The notes beneath the pieces were generated by a model, which was given only the letters and a program-made list of their open reading frames with translations, searched no databases and was not told the DNA's origin. Source: Dictyostelium discoideum (Eukaryota). Taken from it: a DNA stretch of 64,000 nt. Positions 12,960 through 24,745 of the stretch are shown here, in pieces (within the stretch, counting starts at the first letter, position 1; every line of letters begins with the position of its first letter). Location of the stretch: assembly GCA_000004695.1 (NCBI GenBank), contig CM000150.2, forward strand, positions 3,904,001 to 3,968,000, given 5' to 3'. The translations under genes and the position numbers were made by a program.

Positions 12960-15900
12960 ATTTTCATTAGTTTTACAAAAAATTTTTTAATCTTTCTCTC
13001 TTTCCCCCTTTTTTTTTTTTTTTTTTTTTTCTCTCTCTTTTTCTCTTTTACACAATTACCAATAAAATAATAAATTAATTTATATTCATTACTAATTATA
13101 TAAATAAATAAATAAATACACCTATTACAACAAATATAATTATAATTTATTTTCAAATATTTGAAAAAAACATAGGAATTAGATAAATTCCATTCAGTAC
13201 CAGATTATAATAACTATCTAACACTTATATTCAAAAGTAATGAATTACAACCACATATTAGAAGTGTTGCAGGTTTAGTTTTAAAGACTAATATCAAACA
13301 ATACTTTGAAAAAATGCCAAGAGAAGTTCAAAACTATATCAAAAGGGAGATTTTACCAGTTTTATCTGACCCAGATGCTTCAGTTCGTCATACAGTTGGT
13401 AATATCATTACAAATTTAATTAAAAAGAGTTGTTTTTCTGTATGTATAAAATTAATTTAATATTATAATATTAAATAAATATAAAATATAAATACTAATT
13501 CTTTATTATTATTATTATTATTATTAATTTATTTTAGGAATGGCCAGAATTATTACCAGCATTAAATTTAGCATTAGATAGTAATAGTCAAGATTTAATT
13601 GAAGGTTCACTTTATACATTATCATTGTTATGTGAAGATTCAACTAAAAAACTTGATTCAGATGATAGTGGTAGAGCATTGAATCAATTAATTCCAAAAT
13701 TGATTATGTTTTTCAAATGCAATAATGCAGATTTCAGAAAGAAAGCATTGGTATCCATTTCCTATTTCATTATTAGTATGCCAGGAGCATTGCTTATCAA
13801 TATGGAAGCATTTTTAAAGGGTATCTTTTCAATGAGTGAAGATCCATCAGAAGCTGTTAGAACCAATGTTTGTAAGACATTGGTTACCTTGGTAGAGACA
13901 AAGATCGAATTTTTACTACCATACATTAAAGATGTCATTCAGTATATGTTACATGCTACCAAAGATAAATCTGAAGAGGTAGCATTGGAGGCATGTGAAT
14001 TTTGGACAGCAATATCTCAAGCTGAAGGTTGCAGAGATTTATTAAGAGATTATTTACCAGTATTAGTACCAATTCTATTGAATGGTATGGTTTATACCGA
14101 ACAAGATTATGAATATTTAGATCAAGGTGATGATTCAATGACACCTGATAGACCACAGGATATTAAGCCATTTATAGCATCAACTAAATCACATGGTAGT
14201 GGTAGTAGTGGTGGTGGGCAAGATACAGGTTTTGTAAATCCAGATAATAATAATAATAGTAACAATAATAATAGTAGCAATAATAATAGTAGCAATAATA
14301 ATAATAATAATAATAATGAGGATGATGAAGAATATAATGATGATGATGATGATGACGATGATGATGGATTTGAAGATGAAGCATGGACAATTAGAAAGAG
14401 TTCAGCTTTTGCAATTGATGTTTTATCAGGAATATTTCCAGATGCAGAATATTTATCAGTTACATTACCATTGATTGAACAACGTATGAATGAACAAAAT
14501 CCATGGCCAGTTAGAGAATCGGCCATTTTAGCATTGGGTGCAATTGCAGATGGAAGTAAGAATGGATTGGCACCTCATCTTTCAAAAGTAATACCTTATT
14601 TAATCAATACATTGAATGATCCAAAACCATTGGTACGTAGTATAACATGTTGGACATTATCACGTTACTCCTATTGGATTGCACAAGCGGATGGACGTGA
14701 TTACCTTCATCCATTGGTTGTCAACTTGCTTAATCGTATCGTTGATAACAATAAAAAGGTTCAAGAAGCAGCATGTTCAGCATTTGCAACATTGGAAGAG
14801 GAAGCTGATCTCCTCTTGATACCATATCTTCAAATGATTTTGGTCACATTTGTCAATGCATTTGGAAAATATCAAGCAAAGAATCTCTTGATTCTCTACG
14901 ATGCAATCTCAACATTGGCCAAGGTGGTAGGTAATGAATTGAATAAACCAGAGTTGATCAATATATTGGTACCACCACTCTTACAGAAATTCAATGCATT
15001 GGATGATTCAAATAAGAATCTATTACCATTGTTGGGTTGTTTGAATCAAGTTTGCTCCTCCATTGGTGCAGGACTTCAAAATTTAATTTCTTTGTTTTTC
15101 AATCGTTCAATTAAATTAATTGAAGGTTCATTACAAGCTCATTATAAATATAATAATCAAGATCAAAAGGGCTCATCATCGTCGTCTGATCAAGATTTCA
15201 TTGTTGCAGCATTGGATCTCTTACAAGGTCTATCCGAAGGTATTGGTACATCGATCGAATCACTCATTCCAAATAGTAATTTACCTCATCTCCTCTTACA
15301 ATGTATGAATCTTCGTGGCTCCGATGTTTTACAATCAAGTTTTGCACTTCTTGGTGATATGAGTAAATTCTGTCTCATTCATTTCAAACAATACATACCA
15401 GACTATTTAAATATCCTCACAAACAATCTATATCCAGAGTATTTATCGGTTTGTAATAATGCAAGTTGGGCAATCGGTGAAATTGCCATTAGAATGCCTG
15501 ATGAAGTTAAACCATTCGTGGTTGCAATTCGTGACCGTTTAATTTCAAACATCAATAAAGTCAATTTAAATCGTGGTGTACTTGAAAATACCGCTGTAAC
15601 CATTGGTCGTTTGGGTATCGTTTCACCTGCTGATATCTCTCCATTTGTCGACAAGTTTATTCAATGTTGGTGTATGGCCATTCGTAGAAAAACTGATGAT
15701 ATTGAAAAGGATTCAGCTTTTCGTGGTATGTGGTTAATCATTAACAATAATCCAAATGGTGCTTTACGTCATTTAGTTTACATTTGTGACGCTGTTGCCT
15801 CTTGGGATAAAATGCAACCTGATCTCTATGAAGCTTACTTTAAACTTTTACATATGTATAAAACTAGTATGGGTGGTGTTTGGGCTCAATTCTATAATCA

Positions 15901-15967
15901 ATTTCCAGAACAACTTCGTGAAATTTTAAATGAGAAATTTAAATTGAATCAAGATATATCTCAATAA
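12816..15967 (+). CDS. transportin (karyopherin/importin beta-2); join(12816..12917,13176..13439,13538..15967)
   Basis: End-to-end colinearity with transportin-1: MSEWVPNQDGLKQL, PDYNNYL, SVAGLVLKTNIK, EWPELLPAL, EACEFW, acidic loop, WTIRK, VRSITCWTLSRYS, NKKVQEAACSAFATLEEEA, KNLLILYDAI, DSAFRG. Donors GAG|GTAATT and TCT|GTATGT; acceptors CATAG and TTTTAG. All three exons are in frame. Confidence 0.88.
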
Positions 15968-16042
15968 ATAAAAAAAAATAAATAAAAAATAAAAAATAAA
16001 AAATAAAAAATAAAAAAAAAATCAATAAATTAATAAATAATA

Positions 16043-16162
<120 letters not shown>

Positions 16163-16490
16163 TTAAAAAAAAAATAAAAATAAAAATAAAAAAAAAAAAA
16201 TTAAAAAAAAAAAAAAAAATAGATCAAATTAATTTAATCACAAAATTAATATTTAATCATAAAATAATAGCCAATAATAAATAATAATAATAATAAATAA
16301 AACAATGGCTATAATAATAATATAGCTATTTATAAAAATAATTTTTTTCTTTTTTTTTTTATTATTTCTCCGATCGGCGTTCTATTTTATTTTTTAAAAA
16401 CAGGGTTTTTATTTTTATTTTATTTTGGTTTTATAAAATGGTTTTTTTTTTTTATTTTTTATTTTTTTTTTTTTATTTTCCCAAACTGCA

Positions 16491-16522
<32 letters not shown>

Positions 16523-16592
16523 TTATTTTTTTTTTTTTATAACTTTTCCTAAAACAAACGTTTATAAAAAAAAAAAAACAAATAAAATTAAA

Positions 16593-17329
16593 ATGACAGA
16601 AAATATTAATGAATTTAGAGTTAATAATTTTGGAGCAGGACCAGGATGTATTCCAACTGAAGTTTTATTAGAAGCACAAAAAGAATTATTAAATTTTCAA
16701 GGTTGTGGTAAAAGTATAATGGAAGTATCACATAGGGGTAAAGAATTTGAAGGTGTAATCAATGAAACCAAATCAAATTTAAAGAAATTATTATCAATCT
16801 CTGATGATTATGATATATTATTTTTACAAGGTGGTGCATCATCTTTATTTGCAGGTATTCCAATGAATTTATGTGAAAATGGTGTTGAGGATATTGTTGA
16901 TTTCATAGTAACAGGATCATGGTCAAAACAAGCCTCAAACGATGGGAAATACTTTTGCAAAGTTAATAAAGTCGTTGATATGGAGAAAGAGAAATTCCTA
17001 ACTGTTACAGAGCCACAATCATGGAAATTCTCACCAGATGCAAAGTATGTCCACTATTGTGATAATGAAACCATTCATGGTATTGAAATGCCAATTTCAA
17101 CACCTGATCATTTACCATCAAATCTTATCAAAGTTTGTGATATGTCTTCAAACTTTTTATCAAAACCAATCGATGTCAATAAATTTGATTTAATTTTCGC
17201 AGGTGCTCAAAAAAATGCTGGTATCTCTGGTATTACAATAGTTATAATTAAAAAATCTTTATTATTAAAAACAAAACCAAATGTACCTTCAGTTTTTAAT
17301 TTTTTAGTAAGTTTTAATTATTAATTATT

Positions 17330-17361
<32 letters not shown>

Positions 17362-17886
17362 GTGTTTAGGTTGTGATTTTTTTTTTTTTTTATTTTTTTT
17401 TTTTTTTTATTTTATTATTTTTATTATTAATTATTTATTAATTATTTATTAATTATTATTTTATTAAAAAAAAAGAAAAAAAGTCAAAATAATTCATTAG
17501 ATAATACACCACCAACATTTAATATTTATATTACAGGATTAATATTGAAATGGATTATTAATAAAGGTGGTTTAAGTGAAATTGAAAAATTAAATATTGC
17601 AAAAGCACATGCACTTTATGAATATATTGATAATTCAAATAGTTTCTATAAATGTTCAATCGATAAGAACTATAGATCAAGAATGAATGTTGTATTTAGA
17701 ATTCAAGATGGTAATACTGAATTGGAAGAGAAATTCATTAAAGAAGCTTCAAAAGAAAATATCACCGATATTAAAGGTCATAGATCTGTTGGTGGTTTAA
17801 GAGTTTCTTTATATAATGCAATCACTATTGATCAAACTTTAATTTTAATTAATTTTATGACAAATTTTCATAATAATAATAAATAA
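16593..17886 (+). CDS. serC: phosphoserine aminotransferase (SerC/PSAT, PLP-dependent class V); join(16593..17306,17476..17886)
   Basis: GAGPGCIPTEVLLEAQKELLNFQGCGKSIMEVSHRGKEF, FLQGGAS, IFAGAQKNAGISGITIVII, NTPPTFNIYITGLILKWIINKGG, KGHRSVGGLRVSLYNAITI. Donor TTA|GTAAGT at 17307. The acceptor used is the AG at 17474-17475, which gives the 20-residue spacing PSV...NTPP seen in PSAT1. A-rich upstream tract. Confidence 0.85.
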
Positions 17887-18019
17887 AATTTAAAAATAAA
17901 AATAAAAATAAAACCAATAAAAAAAAAAAAAAAAAAAAAAACCAATTACAATATCTTTTTTTTATTTTTTATATACACTTATATTTGAATATTATTTATT
18001 TATTTTTTCATTTTTCATT

Positions 18020-18077
18020 CTATAAAAGTGAAAGATTACCAAGTAAATCTTCTAAATCATCAATAGTTTTTGAAATT

Positions 18078-18150
<73 letters not shown>

Positions 18151-18814
18151 CATCATTCATATCATCATTCATATCATCATTCATATCATCATTATTATTA
18201 TTATTATTATTATTATGAATTCTTTGTTGAGGATGCTCAAAATTATAAATGATTTTTTTTATTTTTTCTTTATCTTTTTCACTACCAGAAACATTTACAT
18301 AATCAATTATACTCTTTATGATTTGTCTTAATTCATTTTCTAATCTAGTTGCTTGTTGTTGTCTTTCAAGTTGATTAGTTGTTTTAATATTATCAAACAT
18401 TCTTTTTAATCTTGAACTTGCTAATTGTAATGCAGTATTATTGTTATTATCTCTTGTTAATATTGATTGCTGTTGTTGTTGTTGTTGTTGTTGTTGTTCA
18501 ATATTTCGATTATTTTGATTATTATTATTTTGATTATTATTTAATATCATTGAAACAATATTTGAAAAACCATTTATTGAAGCAATATGTAATGGTGTAT
18601 TATTATTTATATCTTTAAGTGTTGGATTTGCACCATTTTCTAATAGGTATTTTACAACATCTTGTTTATTTTTACAAACTGCAAAGTGTAATCCACTTCT
18701 TTGTTTATCATCAACTTGATTAACATTTACCATCCCATTTTGTATTAAATAATCAAGTAGTTGTAAATTTGAATCACTACATGCTTGAATATATTGACTC
18801 CAAAAATTATCCAT
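18020..18814 (-). CDS. ankyrin-repeat protein with poly-Q/poly-N tracts and a (DDMN)4 repeat
   Basis: ATG at 18814. ANK motifs (GLHFAVCKNKQDVVKYLLENGANPTLKD, NTPLHIASINGFSNIVSMIL). The track ORF started upstream at a non-ATG start, and its first residues are intron/UTR translation. No upstream exon was searched for. Confidence 0.55.
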
Positions 18815-19640
18815 TAAAAAAAAAAAAAAATATAAATCTCTATATAGTGGTTGTTGTTGTTTATAAAAAAAATAAAACAAATAAAATAAAAAAAAAAAAT
18901 TAAAAAAAAAAAAAAAAAAAAAAATTTGAAAATTAAAAAAGTGAAGTTATTTTTGGTTATTTTTTTTTTTTTTTTTTTTTTTATTTGATTTTTTATTTTT
19001 TTATTTTTTATTAAAATTCTCTTTCCCCAAAAATTTTTTCCATTTTTTTTGAGGGAAAAACTAATAAAAAATAAAGAAAAAAAAAAAAAAAAAAAAAAAA
19101 TCAAAACAATTCCCACTTTGAAAAAAAATGAAAAAACAATTAAAAAAAAAAAAAACCTAAACCCAAATCCAATTTTAATACAAATGCTCGAAACTCAAAA
19201 TCTATAAATTCCAAAATTTTTTTAATTTTTTTTTTTTTTTATTTCTTACTTGTACAAAAGCTCGGTTTTAGATAGATATTTTAATAATTGATTTTTATTT
19301 TTTTCTTTTGTTTTCGTGCAATGATTGGTTTTTATTTTAAAAATTTTTTTTCCAATTATTTTACCCAAAAAATGAGAAAAATCACAGAATTTGCGCTTTT
19401 GGATATTTTCATTTTGGAAAACTACGTCATGAAAATTATAAAATGATGAAATTAATCGGATTTTTTTATTTCTTTACCAAAAAATTTTTTTTTATAAATA
19501 GGGGATCGTTTTTTTAAAAAAAAAAAAAAAAAAATAATTTATTTAGTTAAACCAAAATAATTTATTTAAATCCATAAAAAATACAAAAAAATAATAATTA
19601 TAATAAATAATAAATTTATATTATAAAAAAAAAAAAAAAA

Positions 19641-22025
19641 ATGAAACAAATAATTTTCATTTTTTTAACTCTATTTATTTCATTAATATTTTCCGAATCA
19701 TCTGTTTATAATAAATTTGAATTCTTAGGCGAAGGATGTTCAGATTTTGGTGATAATTTAACAATTTCAAATTGCCAACCTTTATGTACCAACCATTTTG
19801 CTTCAATTTCACCAAGTAGTTCTATTTCCAATGGTTTTGATATTATTTTATATAATAATTCAGATCAATCATGTAATGTACCACTAATTCCAACCTTAAA
19901 TTTTACTTGTCTTGATAATGAGACTCCAGTTAAATTTGAAGATTTTGCAGTTATTTGTCAACAACAACAACCACCACAACCAGTATCAAAATTTATTAGT
20001 TTCCAATTTTTAGGTGATTCATGCCCAGATAATGGTGATTATTTAAATGTTTCTAATTGTCAAAATGCATGTGGAACTGATTTAATTTCAATTTCTCCAA
20101 GTCCAGATGTAACAGATGGTTTCATTGTAAATTTTTATAATTTAACTGATACTCTTTGTAAAACACCAATTGCTAATGATGTTTTCCAATGTCAAAATAA
20201 TGTCAGTGAATCTATAATTAATGATGGTACTAATGAATTTGATATCTATTGTAGTACCACTGTTCCAACACCAGCTCCATTACCATCTCCTTCCCAATTT
20301 ACTAGATTCTTATTGTATGGTGATTCATGTCCAGATAGTGGTCAATATTTAAATATTTCAAATTGTCAAAATACCTGTGGTACTGATCTCGTTTCAATTT
20401 CTCCAAATCCAACTGTTACTGATGGTTTCCTTGTAAATTTTTATAATTTAACTGATACTCTATGTAAAACCCCAATTGGTAATGATGTTTTCCAGTGTCA
20501 AAATAATGATACCGAATCAATAATCAGTGATGGTGATAATGATTTTGAATTATATTGTGAATATCCAGCAACATTATCCCCATTACCAACAAAAACTCCA
20601 TCACCAACTCCTTCACCAACTCAATCACCAACTCCTTCACCAACTCCTGCCCCATCAAAATATAATGAGTTTGAATTATTGGGCGATAATTGTCCTTCTG
20701 CTGGTGATCAAGTTGTAATTGGTCTTTGTCAAAATGCTTGCAATTATAGATTGGTTAATATTATTCCAAGGGATGATGTTTCTGATGGTTTTATCATTGA
20801 GTACTATAATATTACTGATACTTATTGTCAAACTATTTTAGATACAGACGAATTCCAATGTTCTGCCAGTACTTCAGTTGTTGATTTGTTCAATATTAAT
20901 TGTGAAGCTGTTACTCCTGCACCTCCATCTCCAACTCCAAATCCTTCAAATGGTAATATCTTTGGATTTTATGGTGATTATTGTCCTTCTGCTGGTGATA
21001 GACTTGAAGTTGGACTTTGTCAAAATGCTTGTAATTATAAATTACTTAGTATCATTCCTAGTGACGATGATAATGAATCTTTTAATGTTCAATACTTTGA
21101 ATTAAATGATACCTATTGTCAAACCGTTGTTGATAATGATTATTTCGAATGTGCAGATGGTGAATCAAATATTGATGATTTCCAAGTTAATTGTTTAGTA
21201 ACCCCATCACCATCACCAACTCAAACTCCTTCACCAACTCAAACTCCAACTCAAACTCAAACTCCAACTCAAACTCCAACTCAAACTCCAACTCAAACTC
21301 CAACTCAAACTCCAACTTCAACTCCATCAAGATATAATTATTTTGAATTCTATGGTGATAATTGTCCAGAAGATGGTGATTATTTAGAGGTTGGTCTTTG
21401 TCAAAATGCATGTGATTATTTAAGAGTTAGTATCATTCCAAGACAAGGTGTTACTGATGGATTTACTGTTCAATATTATAAATTAAATGATACAGTTTGT
21501 GATAATCAAATTGATTCTGATGTTTTCCAATGTTCAGGTAGTGCTTCATCTATTGATTATTTTGATATTTATTGTGATGTTTCTACACCATCGCCAACTG
21601 AAACAACAACACCAACCCAAACACCAACTCAATCTCCTTCAACATCAGAATATGATGGTTTTGATTTTTATGGTCAAGTTTGTCCAACCACTGGTTATAA
21701 TCTTACAGTTGGAAATTGTCAAAATCTTTGCGACTATAGAAGAGTTTCTATTATTCCATCCGAAATAACTCAAGATGAATTCCAAGTACAGTTTTATCAA
21801 GTTTCAGATAAAAAATGTGCAAATGTTATTGAATCTTCATCATTACAATGCAATAATGGTGGTAACTCTACAACAATTGATCAATTTAACATTTATTGTG
21901 AAAAATCTTTTACCCCAACTAATACATCCTCTAATTCAAGCCATGAAAATATTGGTTATAAATTTGAAACTAATAATTTATTAATATTACTTTTATTGTT
22001 AATTTCAATTTTTATTTTTTATTAA
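19641..22025 (+). CDS. secreted, probably GPI-anchored, cell-surface glycoprotein with 7 tandem Cys-rich repeats (about 85-95 aa each) separated by Pro/Thr/Ser mucin-like linkers
   Basis: N-terminal signal peptide MKQIIFIFLTLFISLIFS. Seven repeats of pattern F.F.GD.CP..GD.L.V..CQN.C....L.SI.P...V.DGF.V.YY.L.DT.C.T.....D.FQC.......ID.F.I.C. Linkers PTPSPTQSPTPSP and (TQTP)n. Many N-x-S/T sites. C-terminal hydrophobic tail NLLILLLLLISIFIFY. Single exon. Confidence 0.7.
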   Translation: MKQIIFIFLTLFISLIFSESSVYNKFEFLGEGCSDFGDNLTISNCQPLCTNHFASISPSSSISNGFDIILYNNSDQSCNVPLIPTLNFTCLDNETPVKFEDFAVICQQQQPPQPVSKFISFQFLGDSCPDNGDYLNVSNCQNACGTDLISISPSPDVTDGFIVNFYNLTDTLCKTPIANDVFQCQNNVSESIINDGTNEFDIYCSTTVPTPAPLPSPSQFTRFLLYGDSCPDSGQYLNISNCQNTCGTDLVSISPNPTVTDGFLVNFYNLTDTLCKTPIGNDVFQCQNNDTESIISDGDNDFELYCEYPATLSPLPTKTPSPTPSPTQSPTPSPTPAPSKYNEFELLGDNCPSAGDQVVIGLCQNACNYRLVNIIPRDDVSDGFIIEYYNITDTYCQTILDTDEFQCSASTSVVDLFNINCEAVTPAPPSPTPNPSNGNIFGFYGDYCPSAGDRLEVGLCQNACNYKLLSIIPSDDDNESFNVQYFELNDTYCQTVVDNDYFECADGESNIDDFQVNCLVTPSPSPTQTPSPTQTPTQTQTPTQTPTQTPTQTPTQTPTSTPSRYNYFEFYGDNCPEDGDYLEVGLCQNACDYLRVSIIPRQGVTDGFTVQYYKLNDTVCDNQIDSDVFQCSGSASSIDYFDIYCDVSTPSPTETTTPTQTPTQSPSTSEYDGFDFYGQVCPTTGYNLTVGNCQNLCDYRRVSIIPSEITQDEFQVQFYQVSDKKCANVIESSSLQCNNGGNSTTIDQFNIYCEKSFTPTNTSSNSSHENIGYKFETNNLLILLLLLISIFIFY

Positions 22026-22819
22026 ATAAAAAAATATTTATTTAAATAAATTAATTATTATTAATATTATATGTTAGACATTTTCGCGTTGTTCATGTGA
22101 TTAATAATTCTCTAAATTTTTAAACATTTTTTAAATTTTTTAAAACTGTTACAGTTTTAAAAAAAAAAAAAAAAAAAAAAAATTTAAATTCCTTCACCCA
22201 AATTTTTTTTTTATTTTGGTAAATAGATAGAAAAGGTAAGATTTTATCAAAATATAGTGTCATTTTTTCAAATTAAGTAAAATTTTATAAAAATAAGAAA
22301 TATAATTAAAAAACAATAAAAAATAATTAAATATATTTAAAAAATGAATCTTGTTATAAATAATAAAAAACATATTTAATTAAATATAATAAAGGAAAAT
22401 ATAAAATAAAAAATAATATGTAAAACATTTTCTTTTTTAGTTTTTATTTTTTAATTTATTTTATATTTTATTTTTCCAAATAAAACTTTTTTTAAATTAC
22501 AAACAGTGGAAATTATTCCCAACAAATTTGTAATGATGTGGAAAATATGCATATAAAGACAATATTAATAATAATAAAATTAAAAACCACACTGGTAGCT
22601 CTAATTAGGAAATCTACAAAAATTTCCTTAATTAATTTCAATTTTTTATATCAATTTCAGAACACATATTAATATTTAATTTATTATTATCAATTTTGTT
22701 TAAATTTTTTTTTTTTTTTTACCTGTGATCAGACCTTCAAGGAATGTCCTTGTGTCTTTTCGGCGGTGTTTGTTAAACGGTTTTATTTTTATTATTCAAT
22801 TGTATTAAATTTTTTAAAC

Positions 22820-22828
<9 letters not shown>

Positions 22829-22897
<69 letters not shown>

Positions 22898-23960
22898 ACT
22901 ACTTAAATTGGAAGAGGGTTCGGAGCTGCTGGGGTTTGCCAGGCTTTGTTGAATTTGTATTTGTGAAGATCTTGATTGGTGTTTTTTAGTATTGCTTCGT
23001 CGTGTTTGATTTTCTTTAGTGTGATGAATTTTTCAGTTTCGATGAGATTTAGTTATTCTGTTTCTATGACCTTTTGTTCGAATTTTGGCTCTGGTTTGCT
23101 TTCATCAGTGTTGAACAATTTGTGACAGATTATCTTCCATAATTGGTGTGCTATTATTCCTATGAGATTGGGGAAGATTCTCTCAGTTCTGTTGTATTTT
23201 GATATGTCTAAGGTATCCATCGACCATCTGTGGATTTTGATGAATGATAATTTGTTAACTGTTGATATGATGGTTTTTTCAATATCTAGGATATCTTGGC
23301 ATAGAGTGAAGAGGTGAGAATAAGGGTCTCTGAATAGGTGGCCACAGATCTTGCATCTGGTGTCTCTTTCGTGGTTGATACCTGGAAGTGATCTTGAGAA
23401 GAATCTGAAGAGGGTGTTTCTACCTTTTTGGTGAGAAATGCTGTTGATGTTTATGAATACTTTGGGTATTGCTGTGTTGTATCTCACCGCCCATAACTTC
23501 TGCCATTCTGTTCTTCTTGGTGTTGGGTGTCTGTCTTTGATCATGAGTTCGTAAATTTCTTTCAGTTTTAGTGGTTCGTCATTGTCGTTTCTTATACAGT
23601 CTGGAAGTTCATTTATCTTTGGATGGTTTTGGTAAAATTTGACTCTGAATACACCCCAGTGTCTGCACATATCGTTGAGGGTTGAAGTGTGGGCTTTTTT
23701 TCTACTTAATTGCTCCGTGTACCATTCTTGTAAGGTATTGTTGTTGTTGTTGTAGTTGTTATGGAGTAGCCTGTTCATGTACCAGATTTTGAATGCTATA
23801 TGTCTTAGTTCTATATCCCATAATTTTATGCCTCCTTCTTTCCAATCTGCATATGCTCTGTCTATTTTCATCATAGTTTTGTATTTTCTCTCTTCTGTAT
23901 ATGTATTCTTAACTGAGGAGAATAAGAACCATCTGGTCATGTTAAATTTTGTTTAAATAA
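22829..23960 (-). mobile_element. 5'-truncated non-LTR retrotransposon copy (tRNA-gene-targeted TRE-like element): ORF2 C-terminal region, 3'-UTR and poly(A) tail
   Basis: Plus strand shows a 66-nt T run at 22829-22894, which is the poly(A) tail of a minus-strand element. A roughly 160-nt GC-richer 3'-UTR follows. Minus ORF 23053..23940 contains the Cys/His motif typical of LINE ORF2 C-termini (CKICGHLFRDPYSHLFTLC). Local G+C is clearly above the genomic background. The element abuts a tRNA gene. Confidence 0.65.
23053..23940 (-). CDS. retroelement ORF2 C-terminal fragment (Zn-knuckle-like CKICGH...HLFTLC)
   Basis: 295-aa ORF inside the retroelement fragment. No homolog in the rest of the window. 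Confidence 0.5.
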   Translation of the reverse strand: MTRWFLFSSVKNTYTEERKYKTMMKIDRAYADWKEGGIKLWDIELRHIAFKIWYMNRLLHNNYNNNNNTLQEWYTEQLSRKKAHTSTLNDMCRHWGVFRVKFYQNHPKINELPDCIRNDNDEPLKLKEIYELMIKDRHPTPRRTEWQKLWAVRYNTAIPKVFININSISHQKGRNTLFRFFSRSLPGINHERDTRCKICGHLFRDPYSHLFTLCQDILDIEKTIISTVNKLSFIKIHRWSMDTLDISKYNRTERIFPNLIGIIAHQLWKIICHKLFNTDESKPEPKFEQKVIETE

Positions 23961-23977
23961 ATAAAATTTAAAAAAGT

Positions 23978-23981
<4 letters not shown>

Positions 23982-24008
<27 letters not shown>
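23982..24008 (-). terminator. RNA polymerase III terminator (T-run) downstream of the tRNA gene
   Basis: 27 A on the plus strand, which is a T27 run on the tRNA strand, beginning 14 nt after the tRNA 3' end. Confidence 0.45.
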
Positions 24009-24022
24009 TTGTTAAAAATATA

Positions 24023-24095
24023 TGAGATAGATGGGGATCGAACCCACGACCTAACCCGTGTGAAGGGCTCGTGATAACCACTACACTACTTTCCC
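24023..24095 (-). tRNA. tRNA-Val (anticodon CAC), 73 nt
   Basis: Minus strand GGGAAAG TA GTGT AGTGGTTA TCAC G AGCCC TTCACAC GGGTT AGGTC GTGGG TTCGATC CCCAT CTATCTC A. Canonical D-loop (AGTGGTTA) and T-loop (GGTTCGATCC). Anticodon stem AGCCC/GGGTT, loop TTCACAC. One A-A mismatch (positions 5 and 68) and one G-U pair in the acceptor stem, so functionality is not certain. Confidence 0.6.
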
Positions 24096-24299
24096 ATAGG
24101 CTGGAATGTTATCCTAAAATTTTTGGGAATTTTTATGATTCTTTTGTAATAATTTAATAGTTAATATTAATCACTATCAATCGGACCGCATCAATAAAAA
24201 GAAGACTCGAAAAATTCAGCCACAACTGGAACTCGAAACTCATGACCATAAAAATCCCGGAACACTTCATACCATACTGCTCATATAACACCAACTACT

Positions 24300-24339
<40 letters not shown>

Positions 24340-24463
24340 ATAACAATAATAATAATAATAATAATATAATAATAATAATAATATAATAATAATAATATAA
24401 TAATAATAATAATAATATAATAATAATAAAAAAAAAAAAAAATAAGAATAACAAGAAAAAAAG

Positions 24464-24498
<35 letters not shown>

Positions 24499-24689
24499 CA
24501 AATAAACTCTCCTAGAACACACTCAAATTGAGTGATGTTATTAAAAAAAAAAAAAAAAATAATTTAATGTGAGAGACCCTGTAAAAAAAAAAAAAAAAAA
24601 ACTAAAAATAAAATGAGATCTAGCATCTCAAGGAGAAGCAACTAATAATTGCGTTATCCAATTCAAAAAAAAATTTGTAATAATTTATT

Positions 24690-24745
24690 GAACCCACGAC
24701 CTAGCCCGTTTAAAGGGCTCGTGAAAACCACTAAACCACTTTCCC
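24690..24745 (-). pseudogene. truncated, mutated duplicate of the tRNA-Val 5' two-thirds plus its 5' flank
   Basis: GGGAAAGTGGTTTAGTGGTTTTCACGAGCCCTTTAAACGGGCTAGGTCGTGGGTTCAA is about 85% identical to the tRNA at 24023-24095. It shares the same 19-nt 5' flank (ATAACATTCCAGCCTATGG) but lacks the T-arm 3' half and acceptor 3' strand. The anticodon loop has changed to TTTAAAC. Confidence 0.5.

Noticed and set aside
14122-14526. Antisense ORFs inside the transportin gene (14122-14526, 14184-14390, 13956-14156, 15403-15654)
   Set aside because: They are opposite-strand or alternate-frame readings through the (GAT/AAT)n acidic or poly-N coding tract of a well-supported sense gene. No independent support.
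20527-21984. Short ORFs 20527, 20878, 21187(-), 21487 and 21775 within the secreted-repeat gene
   Set aside because: Off-frame readings of the PT-linker and Cys-repeat coding DNA. The main frame is continuous from signal peptide to stop.
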